Positions 1-9,100 of a DNA stretch of 64,000 nucleotides are shown here, piece after piece. A program made the translations under genes and the position numbers. Under the pieces are notes generated by a model. It saw only the letters and a program-made list of their open reading frames with translations, was not told the origin of the DNA and did not search any database. The stretch comes from an uncultured Bacteroidales bacterium. GTDB lineage: Bacteria; Bacteroidota; Bacteroidia; Bacteroidales; UBA3663. Positions within the stretch are counted from its first letter, which is position 1, and each line of letters opens with the position of its first letter. The stretch covers positions 1,041 to 65,040 of the forward strand of contig CALBPV010000005.1 in NCBI GenBank assembly GCA_937899265.1, read 5' to 3'.

Positions 1-3000
1 TGATTTTCGACCACTGTTCCTTCTCTTGGGGTCTCGACGAAACCTTCTCCATCAACCCCGACGGCAAGGGAGACCTGCACGACATCACCCTCCAGAACTG
101 CATTATCGGCCAGGGTCTGATGACCCACTCGGCCGGTGGCCTGATGCAGGCCGATTACATCACCCTCTACCGCAACCTCTACATCGACAATTCGACCCGC
201 AACAACAAGGTGAAGGGCATCAACCAGTACTGCAATAACGTGGTTTACAACTGGAACAACGGTGCCTATATCATGGGCGGCGACTCCGAAGGCAAGAGCT
301 ACGTCAACGTGCAGAGCAACCTCTTCATCAACGGAAACACTACCTCAGGCTCTGCGCAGGCCTTCACCGGTGCCAACGCCGACTTCCACGTCTATGGCGA
401 TGACAACTGGCAGGACAACAACAAAAACGGAATTTTCGACCCATATCTTATCACCAACTACAGTGCCGCCACCCGCGAGACAACTCCATACGACTATCCG
501 GCGCTGGAACTATATCCCGGCAACGAACTTATTGAAAAGAACATCCCCACCGTCGGCGCTTCTCTCCCCTATCGCGACCAGAGCGACTGCTACATGATTG
601 ACGAACTGATGAGCTTCGGCAAACTGGGCAGTCTTATCAGCAACGAAGAGAATCTCCCCATCGGAGCTCCCTCGACTTGGGCCTGGTGGTCGGGCAGCAA
701 GCCCCTCGACACCGACGGCGACGGCATGCCGGATGTCTGGGAAGAGGCCAACGGCACCGACAAGAACAAGGACGATGCTACGGTGAAAGCCGCCAACGGA
801 TACCTCAACATCGAAAACTATATCAATTCCATCACTGCCGACAACCGCCAATATTTCCTCCGTCAACCCATCACCCTCTCTGCGACTTCAACAACAAGTA
901 CGCTGACCCTCTCGTGGCGTGACTACACCTACGGCGAGGACGGATTCGTCGTGGAGTACAGACTTTCGGGCGAAGGCGACTACAAGGAAGCCGGACGTAC
1001 TGTTTCCGATGCCACCTCTTTCACCGTCTCGGGACTCACCGACGGCACAGCCTACGACGTGCGCGTTCGGGCCTTCGGCGACAACGGCGGTACGCAAGCC
1101 TATTCCGACTATGCCGCTGCCTCCTTCAAGACCCGTCCGGTCGAAGTGGGCGTCATCGATATCGACAGCTATGTTCCCACAGTGACCAACAGCACAACGG
1201 TGGCCGAAGGCGATGCCCTGCTGCTCACCACCGACGATGTGCTTGACTACAACCTCTCCTCGGACATCAGCCCCGCCTCCGTAGTGGCTACGGGCAAGGG
1301 CGTCATCACCGTGACAGGAGCCGCCATCGGCGGAACCGGCACGTCGGTGAACAAGGGCGACGAGGGTACTTTGGTGCTCAACAACACCAACACCTACACG
1401 GGAGCCACCGTGCTCCACAACGGTGTGCTCGAGTTCAACAGCATCGCCAACGGAGGTGTCAACTCGGCCATCGGCGCCAGTCAGGAATTTGCACAGAACT
1501 GGGTGATGGACGGCGGTACCTATCGCTACACCGGCGGCAATGCCTCCACCAACCGAAACGCCAAACTCACCCATCCCACCACACTCGAAATATCGGGCGG
1601 CAAGACGCTCACCATGACCGGCACGATAGAGGGCAGCGGTGACGAGCAGGATTTCATCATCGACGGTGACGGACAGGTGACCGTCGGTTCCACTGCCTTC
1701 TTCGGCTACACAGGTACGACAACGCTGAAGGGTGGCACCCTCTATCTTTCGACGATTGATATTGCCAAGAACGGCATCGGCTCGTCGTCTAAACTGATTA
1801 TGGCTGGCGGTACCCTCACCACCAAGGGCGAAACATCGAGTTATGAAACCTATTCGTTCCCGATGGAAGTGGAGGAGAACACAACCAGCGTCTTTGCTCC
1901 GAACAGACTGTGCTACATGAAGAATGTTCTGACCGGAGCCGGAACGCTCGAAGTCAGGATTCCATATCTGCGCGAATATTTCAACTGCAATTTGACAGGT
2001 TTCACCGGCAAACTGGTGGCCAACGGCCTGAATTCGTCCGACGGATCCTTGTTCATTGCCGAGTCGAAGTTCAACATGCCCACCACACAAGTTTATCTGA
2101 AGGGTGCCGGCAAGACCTATATGTGTGCATGGGCCACCAATGCCGAGAACTATGTCGGCGGCATTTCAGGCGAAGCCGGAACGTATCTCATTGGTTCCTC
2201 GAAGAATACCAAGGGCTTTCAGTGCTCGTGGACCGTTGGCGGTTCGAACAGCGACGAGACTTTCGACGGTGTCATTACCAACCTGCCGGCCGGTTTGAAC
2301 AAGGCTTACAACGGAACGGTTACCATCGTCAAAGTGGGAACCGGTTTGTGGCGTCTCAATGGAAAGAACGATTATGTGGGAACCACTTCCGTCAATGCCG
2401 GTACCCTCATCGTGAACGGCAGTCATACCGGTGGCGCCGCCTATACTGTCGCTTCCGATGCCACTTTGAAGGGTACAGGCTCCATTGCCAGCGACATCAC
2501 CTTGCAGAAGGGGGCTAAGCTGGTGGCCGGCGACACACTCATCAACAACAGCACGCTGACCCTGAACGGAACAGTAACGGCCCTGGACGGAGCTGCCATT
2601 GAGGTGCCCGTGAGCTACCACGGTGTGGCCGTGAAGAGCAACAGCTTTGCCGTCAAGAAGCTGACACTTTCCAACGATGTCACCCTGCATATCGACCTCA
2701 CAGAGGTGGATGGCGCGTTGCCGCTCAACAGCTCGTTCACGGTATTCAGCAGCGGAGCCACTTCCGTTACGGGTAAATTCGCTACCATCGAGCCGGCTTC
2801 TCCGGGCGAAGGCTTGAAGTGGGATCTCTCCCGTCTCTACCTCGACGGAAAGGTGTTTGTGCGCGACGAGAATTTCAATGCCGATGATGTGTCCTATCGC
2901 GAGGCGTCATGGTTCGAAGAGGACAAGATTGACGCCGACGGTTATTATTGGTTCAACGAGGAGAATTCCGAAACTACCGATGCAATGATTGCCGACGGAG

Positions 3001-3503
3001 CCATCGCATTCGATGCAGCCGGCAAAGCTTCGTCTGCCCCCTCATACAATGCCGCCGGCTCAGCCCATACGGGAGGTCTGAAAATCAACAACACCTCCGG
3101 TGAAGTGCTCCTCAAGGCATCGGCACGGTTCATGAGCGCCAAGTTCGATTTCTACCGCGCAGGAACGGCCGCCATGAGCGGAAGCCTCTGGGCTTCGACC
3201 GACGGTGAGACCTGGACCAAAATCGGGGATATTCAAGGAGAGGCCAAGACCGAGGTCTATCTCGATTTCTCCGAAGCATTGACCGGCACAGACTATACCT
3301 GGCTGAAAATCACCAACGCCACCGCTTCTCCCCTATACATCCAGGGTGCCGCCATCACATTCGAAAAAATGTTCTCCGGCATCGAAACGGTCTCCGTGGA
3401 CAACAGAACTTCCACCGACCGGTACGACCTGCAAGGACGCAAAGCAGGTGCCGACAGCAAGGGTATCCTGATTGAGAACGGACACCTTCGCTTGCAACGG
3501 TAA
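1..3503 (+). CDS. Pectate-lyase-like beta-helix protein, 5' truncated by the window edge. It carries FN3, PATR (autotransporter-associated beta-strand) repeats and a T9SS C-terminal sorting domain.
   Basis: Frame 3 is open from base 3; the track ORF 120..3503 only marks the first Met. The N-terminal 'IFDHCSFSWGLDE' and 'NLYIDNSTRNNK' resemble the conserved DHxSxSW and Arg region of PL1-type pectate lyases. 'DTDGDGMPDVWE' is a Ca-binding type-3-like motif, and 'LTLSWRDYTYGEDGFVVEYR..YDVRVRAF' looks like FN3. Several 'NTYTGxTxVxxGxL' PATR repeats are present. The C-terminus 'RYDLQGRKAGADSKGILIENGHLRLQR' fits a T9SS type-A CTD. Confidence 0.75.
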   Translation, partial: IFDHCSFSWGLDETFSINPDGKGDLHDITLQNCIIGQGLMTHSAGGLMQADYITLYRNLYIDNSTRNNKVKGINQYCNNVVYNWNNGAYIMGGDSEGKSYVNVQSNLFINGNTTSGSAQAFTGANADFHVYGDDNWQDNNKNGIFDPYLITNYSAATRETTPYDYPALELYPGNELIEKNIPTVGASLPYRDQSDCYMIDELMSFGKLGSLISNEENLPIGAPSTWAWWSGSKPLDTDGDGMPDVWEEANGTDKNKDDATVKAANGYLNIENYINSITADNRQYFLRQPITLSATSTTSTLTLSWRDYTYGEDGFVVEYRLSGEGDYKEAGRTVSDATSFTVSGLTDGTAYDVRVRAFGDNGGTQAYSDYAAASFKTRPVEVGVIDIDSYVPTVTNSTTVAEGDALLLTTDDVLDYNLSSDISPASVVATGKGVITVTGAAIGGTGTSVNKGDEGTLVLNNTNTYTGATVLHNGVLEFNSIANGGVNSAIGASQEFAQNWVMDGGTYRYTGGNASTNRNAKLTHPTTLEISGGKTLTMTGTIEGSGDEQDFIIDGDGQVTVGSTAFFGYTGTTTLKGGTLYLSTIDIAKNGIGSSSKLIMAGGTLTTKGETSSYETYSFPMEVEENTTSVFAPNRLCYMKNVLTGAGTLEVRIPYLREYFNCNLTGFTGKLVANGLNSSDGSLFIAESKFNMPTTQVYLKGAGKTYMCAWATNAENYVGGISGEAGTYLIGSSKNTKGFQCSWTVGGSNSDETFDGVITNLPAGLNKAYNGTVTIVKVGTGLWRLNGKNDYVGTTSVNAGTLIVNGSHTGGAAYTVASDATLKGTGSIASDITLQKGAKLVAGDTLINNSTLTLNGTVTALDGAAIEVPVSYHGVAVKSNSFAVKKLTLSNDVTLHIDLTEVDGALPLNSSFTVFSSGATSVTGKFATIEPASPGEGLKWDLSRLYLDGKVFVRDENFNADDVSYREASWFEEDKIDADGYYWFNEENSETTDAMIADGAIAFDAAGKASSAPSYNAAGSAHTGGLKINNTSGEVLLKASARFMSAKFDFYRAGTAAMSGSLWASTDGETWTKIGDIQGEAKTEVYLDFSEALTGTDYTWLKITNATASPLYIQGAAITFEKMFSGIETVSVDNRTSTDRYDLQGRKAGADSKGILIENGHLRLQR

Positions 3504-3537
3504 CGCTCTCTTTTCTACACATTATATATATATATTA

Positions 3538-3670
3538 TGTCCCCGTTTTCCACCCCGTTAATATATATGTCCCCGTTTTCCACCCCAGCCCCTACTCCCC
3601 TCTCCCCTCTCCCCTCCCTTCAGGGAGGGGCTGGGGGTAGGCTGTCCGTTTTCCTCCCCGTTAATATATA
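3538..3670 (+). repeat. Three copies of a ~30-bp unit, TGTCCCCGTTTTCCACCCCGTTAATATATA, interrupted by a GC-rich element.
   Basis: Copy 1 is full length (3538-3567). Copy 2 is the first 19 nt and is identical (3568-3586). Copy 3 is full length but diverged, with a 2-nt deletion and one substitution (3643-3670). The GC-rich palindrome lies between copies 2 and 3. Confidence 0.85.
3586..3644. repeat. C-rich/G-rich imperfect palindromic element (family member 1) with G-quadruplex/i-motif potential.
   Basis: The core stem CCCCTCCC-TTCA-GGGAGGGG (3611-3630) is 8 bp and perfect, extended imperfectly. The left arm is CCCC-tact-CCCC-tct-CCCC-tct-CCCC-t-CCC. The ends CAGCCCCTAC...GTAGGCTG are roughly inverted. 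It resembles the elements at 18136-18196 and 30128-30176. Confidence 0.8.
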
Positions 3671-3708
3671 GTTCGAGAAAATTTTAACTCTCCAAAAAAT
3701 AAACATTC

Positions 3709-6090
3709 ATGTACAACAAATCACTACTGCCCAAATGCGGGAAGTTTCTGGTCGCTCTGTCCGCTGTCGTGCTCACAATGACGGCTTGTCAGGACGACTT
3801 GGGAGATGACAGCCATTACAAAGCTCCCTCCTTCCTGGCCGGAAACGCCCTGCAGGTGCTTGAGAAGTCGTATGAAGGTCATACTTTCAACACCTTCCTA
3901 CGCGGCATCGAACTCGTAGGTTACAACGATGTGGTTGACAGTCAGATTCTCACGGTGCTGGCTCCGACCGACGAGGCTTTTGCCGCTTTCCTGAGGGAAA
4001 AAGGCTATGCCGGCATCGAAGATCTCTACTATGCCAATCCAACCTATGCAACACAACTGATTACCTATCACCTCCTCTACTATGCGATGGATTGGGACAA
4101 GATGACCAATTTCCGTCCTTCCGAGGGCGATGCCGCCACCGAGAGCCAACGGGCCCGGATGGCAGGCATGTACAACAGGTACAGAACACGTTGTGCGGTG
4201 GAGGAAACCGTCGAATTCAACAGCGAAGCTTCCGTCAACGCCAACGTGCGAGTGGTTCACTACGACCGCTACCTGACAGTCTTCTCTGAGAAACTCTTTG
4301 CCACCTTGGGAATCGATGCTGCTTCCAACTACAATTATTTCTTCCCCAACACGGAGTGGAATCCCAAACATCTGGACAACGGCTTCAATGTCATGAACGC
4401 AGCCGTGCTCGACACTGCCGCTGTGGTCACCGACAACGGATATCTCTACCACATCGACCACGTCATTGAGCCCGTGGGAACCATCTACGACGAGATTTCT
4501 TCCAACCAGGACTACTCGCTCGTCAAGAACCTCTTCGACCAATACGGCTATTACCTCATAGACAATGACGAATCGGACAACCGAGGATACACCGTCTATT
4601 CCCATCGTTTCAGTTCTCTGCCCGACATCGCCTCCGAATGGGCCGTTTCGGACTATCTGGCTTTTGCAACCAACAGTTTCGCTTCCTACAACCTCTTCAT
4701 TCCCACCGACCGGGCTCTCAACAAGATGTTCTCGGAATATTGGGAAGAAGGTTGCGGCTACTCTTCGGTGGCCGACCTCAACCCCGCCATCCAGGGAATC
4801 CTCCTCCAGGAGTGCGTGGGTTACATTGACGTGGACGGCGTACGCACGACACAGTATATGTGCTATCCCGACTATATACGTGAGGGCAAGGTGCAGTCGA
4901 GCTTCGGCACGACCATCGAGAACGATCCCTCTTCGTTCGACGAGAACCTCTTCTGCAATAACGGCGTCATTTACGGTTCGTCGCAGATGGAGGTGCCCGG
5001 AGTGTTCTCGTCGGTCGCCGGCCCCGCTTTCAAGGACGTGAAATACCTGCCTTATCTCTATGCTCTCTACGGTGCCGACCTCCTCCTTTCTCTGTCTTCC
5101 AAGGAGTCGGACTATATCGCCCTCATTCCCGACACCGCCCAGTTCGCCCACAACGACCCCGCCATGCGCCTCTTCCGAAGCACTGCCTCCGGAACGACAA
5201 CCTACACCCTCCAACAGTGGAACGACGAGGTTTCCGACTACGTCAACATGGGTACTTCCACCATGCGCGACATCGCCAATATGCACACCTCCACCGATGC
5301 CACCGAGCTCAAGACCGAGGGAACGCAGGTTATCGAGACCAACGTGTCGTTCAACTACTGGTTTGTCGATAACGGCATGATTACGACCAATGCACTCTTC
5401 AACCAGCAGCTCAACCCCACTTTCAACGAGGAAATCTGGTATCCATTCACCGAAATCAAACGAACCGCTGCGGGCCAAAACTGGAGCAACGGCAAGGCTT
5501 ACGCCTACGCCTACCCCGGTGTCTATCAGTCGGCTTCGGGAAGCAGTCTGGAAGCCGAGCTCTCTCAGAACAACGACCGCAACTATCCATACTACTGTTT
5601 CGTGCAACTGCTCCAAAAAGCCGGATTGGCTGCGGGCGGAAAATTCTCGGGTATGCTCACCCTTGACCCCGAGTCTCCCCGTTTCTTCGCCATCGTGCCC
5701 ACCAACGATGCCGTCAAGGATGCCCTCAAGAGTCTGCCCGGTTGCAGTGCACTCAATATCAATGCATCGACATACGCCATCACAGGTACCGTCTCGACAG
5801 CCAACAAAACCGTGCTCGCCAACTACCTGCTCAGCTATTTCGTCACTGCCGACCGCAACGCCTTCACCTCCTATCCCTACCTCGGTTCCACCTGCAAAGG
5901 ACGATTCGAGACCTCCGGCAACTATGCGCTCAACATCGCCGACACCGGCGACGCCATCACCGTCAACTTCGCCCCTCAAGGCTCCGCAACTCCCGAGGGT
6001 AATGTCGTCACCCTCGTCGATACCTACCATTTCCTGCCCTTCGCTTTCTCCGACGGTGCTTTCCAAATGATTGATACAGTATTACAGTAG
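3709..6090 (+). CDS. Fasciclin (FAS1) repeat surface lipoprotein.
   Basis: The signal peptide with lipobox is 'VVLTMTAC'. Four FAS1-like H1/H2 motifs are present: 'ILTVLAPTDEAFAAFL', 'NLFIPTDRALNKMF', 'YIALIPDTAQFA' and 'FFAIVPTNDAVKDAL'. It sits immediately upstream of SusC. Confidence 0.8.
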   Translation: MYNKSLLPKCGKFLVALSAVVLTMTACQDDLGDDSHYKAPSFLAGNALQVLEKSYEGHTFNTFLRGIELVGYNDVVDSQILTVLAPTDEAFAAFLREKGYAGIEDLYYANPTYATQLITYHLLYYAMDWDKMTNFRPSEGDAATESQRARMAGMYNRYRTRCAVEETVEFNSEASVNANVRVVHYDRYLTVFSEKLFATLGIDAASNYNYFFPNTEWNPKHLDNGFNVMNAAVLDTAAVVTDNGYLYHIDHVIEPVGTIYDEISSNQDYSLVKNLFDQYGYYLIDNDESDNRGYTVYSHRFSSLPDIASEWAVSDYLAFATNSFASYNLFIPTDRALNKMFSEYWEEGCGYSSVADLNPAIQGILLQECVGYIDVDGVRTTQYMCYPDYIREGKVQSSFGTTIENDPSSFDENLFCNNGVIYGSSQMEVPGVFSSVAGPAFKDVKYLPYLYALYGADLLLSLSSKESDYIALIPDTAQFAHNDPAMRLFRSTASGTTTYTLQQWNDEVSDYVNMGTSTMRDIANMHTSTDATELKTEGTQVIETNVSFNYWFVDNGMITTNALFNQQLNPTFNEEIWYPFTEIKRTAAGQNWSNGKAYAYAYPGVYQSASGSSLEAELSQNNDRNYPYYCFVQLLQKAGLAAGGKFSGMLTLDPESPRFFAIVPTNDAVKDALKSLPGCSALNINASTYAITGTVSTANKTVLANYLLSYFVTADRNAFTSYPYLGSTCKGRFETSGNYALNIADTGDAITVNFAPQGSATPEGNVVTLVDTYHFLPFAFSDGAFQMIDTVLQ

Positions 6091-6099
6091 TCTCAAAAC

Positions 6100-6155
6100 G
6101 AAACTTGAAACTTGAAACTTGAAACTTGAAACTTGAAACTTGAAACTTGAAACTT
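6100..6155 (+). repeat. Tandem heptamer array, 8 perfect copies of GAAACTT.
   Basis: Direct reading gives units starting at 6100, 6107, 6114, 6121, 6128, 6135, 6142 and 6149. The array lies between the fasciclin stop (6088-6090) and the ATG at 6159. Confidence 0.97.
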
Positions 6156-6158
6156 TTT

Positions 6159-9100
6159 ATGATGAATCGATTAGCGGACAAGGCCGTAAGCCTTAGACCT
6201 TTGACTTTTGTCTTTAGACTGAGAAAATTAGCGGACAAGGCCGTAAGCCTTAGACCTTTGACTTTTGTCTTTATTTTCTTCATGCTGTTCTGTTTCGGGG
6301 CTGCCGTGGCACTGGCACAGAACAAGACCATGACAGGTACCGTCATCGAGGAGGGTGTCAACGAGCCCATCTACGGCGCCAACGTCGTCGTCATTAATCA
6401 GCAGAACCGAACCCTCGGCGGTACAATTACCGACCTCGACGGCAATTTCGTGCTCAACGTGCCCGAGGGCAAGAATCTGAGAATCCAGATTTCTTTCATC
6501 GGTCTCAAGACGCAGACTTTCAACTACACCGGGCAGAGCAAACTCAACGTCACCCTTGCCAGCGACTCCAAGTTGCTGGGCGATGTCGAGGTCGTCACCA
6601 AAGCCGTCACCCGTTCCGAACTCGGTATCACCGACATCCAACAGACCTCTTCCACCCAGCGTGTCCAGATGGCAGAGCTCACCGAGGTCGCTCCCGTGGC
6701 CTCCATCGAAGAGGCGCTCCAGGGTCAGATGGCCGGCGTGGACATCGTGTTGGGCGGTGACCCCGGCGCCAAGTCCTCCATCCGCATCCGAGGCGTCAGC
6801 ACCCTCTCCTCTTCCGCCGAACCTCTCGTCGTCGTCGATGGTATTCCCACCACCGTTTCTTTCGGCGACGACTTCTCGTTCTCCGATGCCAACGAGGATG
6901 ACTTCGGTGCCCTCCTCAACATCTCGCCCGCCGACATCGAAAGCATCGAGGTGCTCAAGGATGCCGCCGCAACCTCTATCTACGGCACCGCCGGTTCCAA
7001 CGGTGTGCTCCTCATCAACACCAAGCAGGGCAAGACCGGCAAGACTCGCTTCAACTTCCAGTCCAAGTTCTCCTACAAGGAAGAGCCCGCAACCATCCCC
7101 CTGCTCAACGGCAAACAGTACATCTCCATGATTGAGGATGCCATCTGGAATGCCGCCAATGCCAAGGGGCTCGCCTCCGCCGCCTCCGAACTCAACCTCC
7201 TCTTCAATACCAAGGAGTTGCTTCGCGACCCCTCCTACCGCTACTACAACGAATATAATGTCGATACCGACTGGCTCGACCAAGTGCGCCAGAACGCTTG
7301 GCAGTGGGACAACTCCTTCAGCATGACCGGCGGCGGCGAAAAAGCCACCTACCGCCTGTCGTTCGGATATCTCGACGATATCGGCACAACCATCGGTACC
7401 GAGGCCCGCCGTATCACTGCCGGTGCCAAGATTACCTATAAGTTCTCCGACCGTTTCCGCATCTACACCGACCTCTCCTACACCGACTACGACAAAGATG
7501 CCAACGCCGTCGAGAACGTGCGTTCCCGCGCTCAGGCCATGATGCCAAACCAGAGCCCCTACCTCATGAACGACGACGGAACCCCCAGTGCGTCCTATTT
7601 CACGCCCGAGGAAAACTTCCAGGGCTCGTTCTCCGGTGTGAGCAGCAGCAATAACGGACTGGGCAACTTCAACCCCGTGGCCATGGCTAAGGAGTCATAC
7701 AAGAACACACGCGAGCGCACCGAGAAGATTACCATCGACTGGGAGTACAAGTTCCCGCTCAAGCAAGAGTGGCAGCACCTCACCTACGAGGGATACGTCA
7801 ACATGAACATGAAGACCTCCGCCACCAAGACCTTCCTGCCCCAAGTGGCCACCGGCGTGCTGTGGACCAACACCTACGCCAACCGCTCCACCGAGGCCGC
7901 CAGCGATGCCTTCTCCCTCCAGTTCTACAACAAGATACTTTATGTGGCAACCATTGCCGAGAAACACAACATCGTCTTCACCGGCATCGCCAATACCACC
8001 ACAACCCATTCCGCCTCTGCCTCCAACAGCACCTACGCCAACGTCTCCATCAACCTCAGCGACCCCATCGTCGGATCCACCGTCGGCGGCGCCTCATCCG
8101 GCGACAGCGAGAACCGTAAGGTGCGTTTCACCGAGAGCCTCAACTACGCCTACGACAACCGATATGTCCTCTCCGCCGTCGTGACCGAGGAAGGAAACTC
8201 CGCAATGGGCAAGAACCAGCGATTCGGCGTCTTCCCCGCTTTCGGCGCCTCGTGGAACCTCGAGAAGGAGCATTTCATGGAAAATCATGAGTGGCTCACC
8301 CAGGGCAAGCTCCGCGCCTCGCTCGGTTGGTCCGGCAACGCGCCCTCATCAGGCTACAGCTACCTCGGCGCTTACTCCTCGTTGGGCACCTACGGCTCGA
8401 TGAGCGCCATCTCGCCCAGCCGGATGCAGCTCGACAAACTCAAATGGGAAAGCAGTCGCGAATGGGATCTCGGTCTCGACCTCCGCATCCTCGACCGCTA
8501 CGGCCTCACCATCGACTACTACGACAAATACACCGAAGACTGTCTGATGTCAAGTGTCGCCATCCCCTCCACCTCCGGCTACACCTCCCTCAAGTACATG
8601 AACTCGGGAGAAATGTCCAACAAGGGTTACGAAATACGTCTCGACGTGGATATCTTCAAGAGCAAGATGTGGTCCGCAAAAATCAGCGTCAACGCTGCCC
8701 GCAACATCAACAAGGTGGAACAGATTCCCACCAACTGGACGGCCGAGAACTACTCGTTCGGCAACGGCAACTACGCCGTGCGCATCGTGGAAGGCGACCC
8801 CATCGGCTCCTTCTACGGGTACAGGTATCTCGGTGTATATCGTGACAGCGAGGACACCTACGCACGGGATGCCAGCGGCAACGTGATGCGTGACTTCAAC
8901 GGCGATGTTGTCACCATGAAGAACGGTACCACTCAGGTCTATGCCGGTGATGCCAAGTACGAGGACATCAACCACGACGGTGTAATCAACGAACAGGACA
9001 TTGTCTATCTCGGCAACTCCAACCCGACCCTCACCGGCGGCGGTAACTTCAACCTCAAATACGGCAACACGAAGACCTCGTTCGGACAGTTCTCGCTCAC

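Noticed and set aside
3898-6066. 722-aa ORF on the - strand spanning almost the whole fasciclin gene.
   Set aside because: It is an antisense shadow of a strongly GC3-biased gene. Its translation is low-complexity (G/V/E/D-rich) with no recognisable motifs, whereas the + strand product has a clear signal peptide and FAS1 motifs.
6100-6155. Whether the heptamer arrays, the 46-bp repeats or the SDN tract could be CRISPR arrays.
   Set aside because: The repeat periods (7, 57 and 9 nt) have no unique spacers of CRISPR size, the repeats are tandem or only two-copy, and no cas genes are present in the window.
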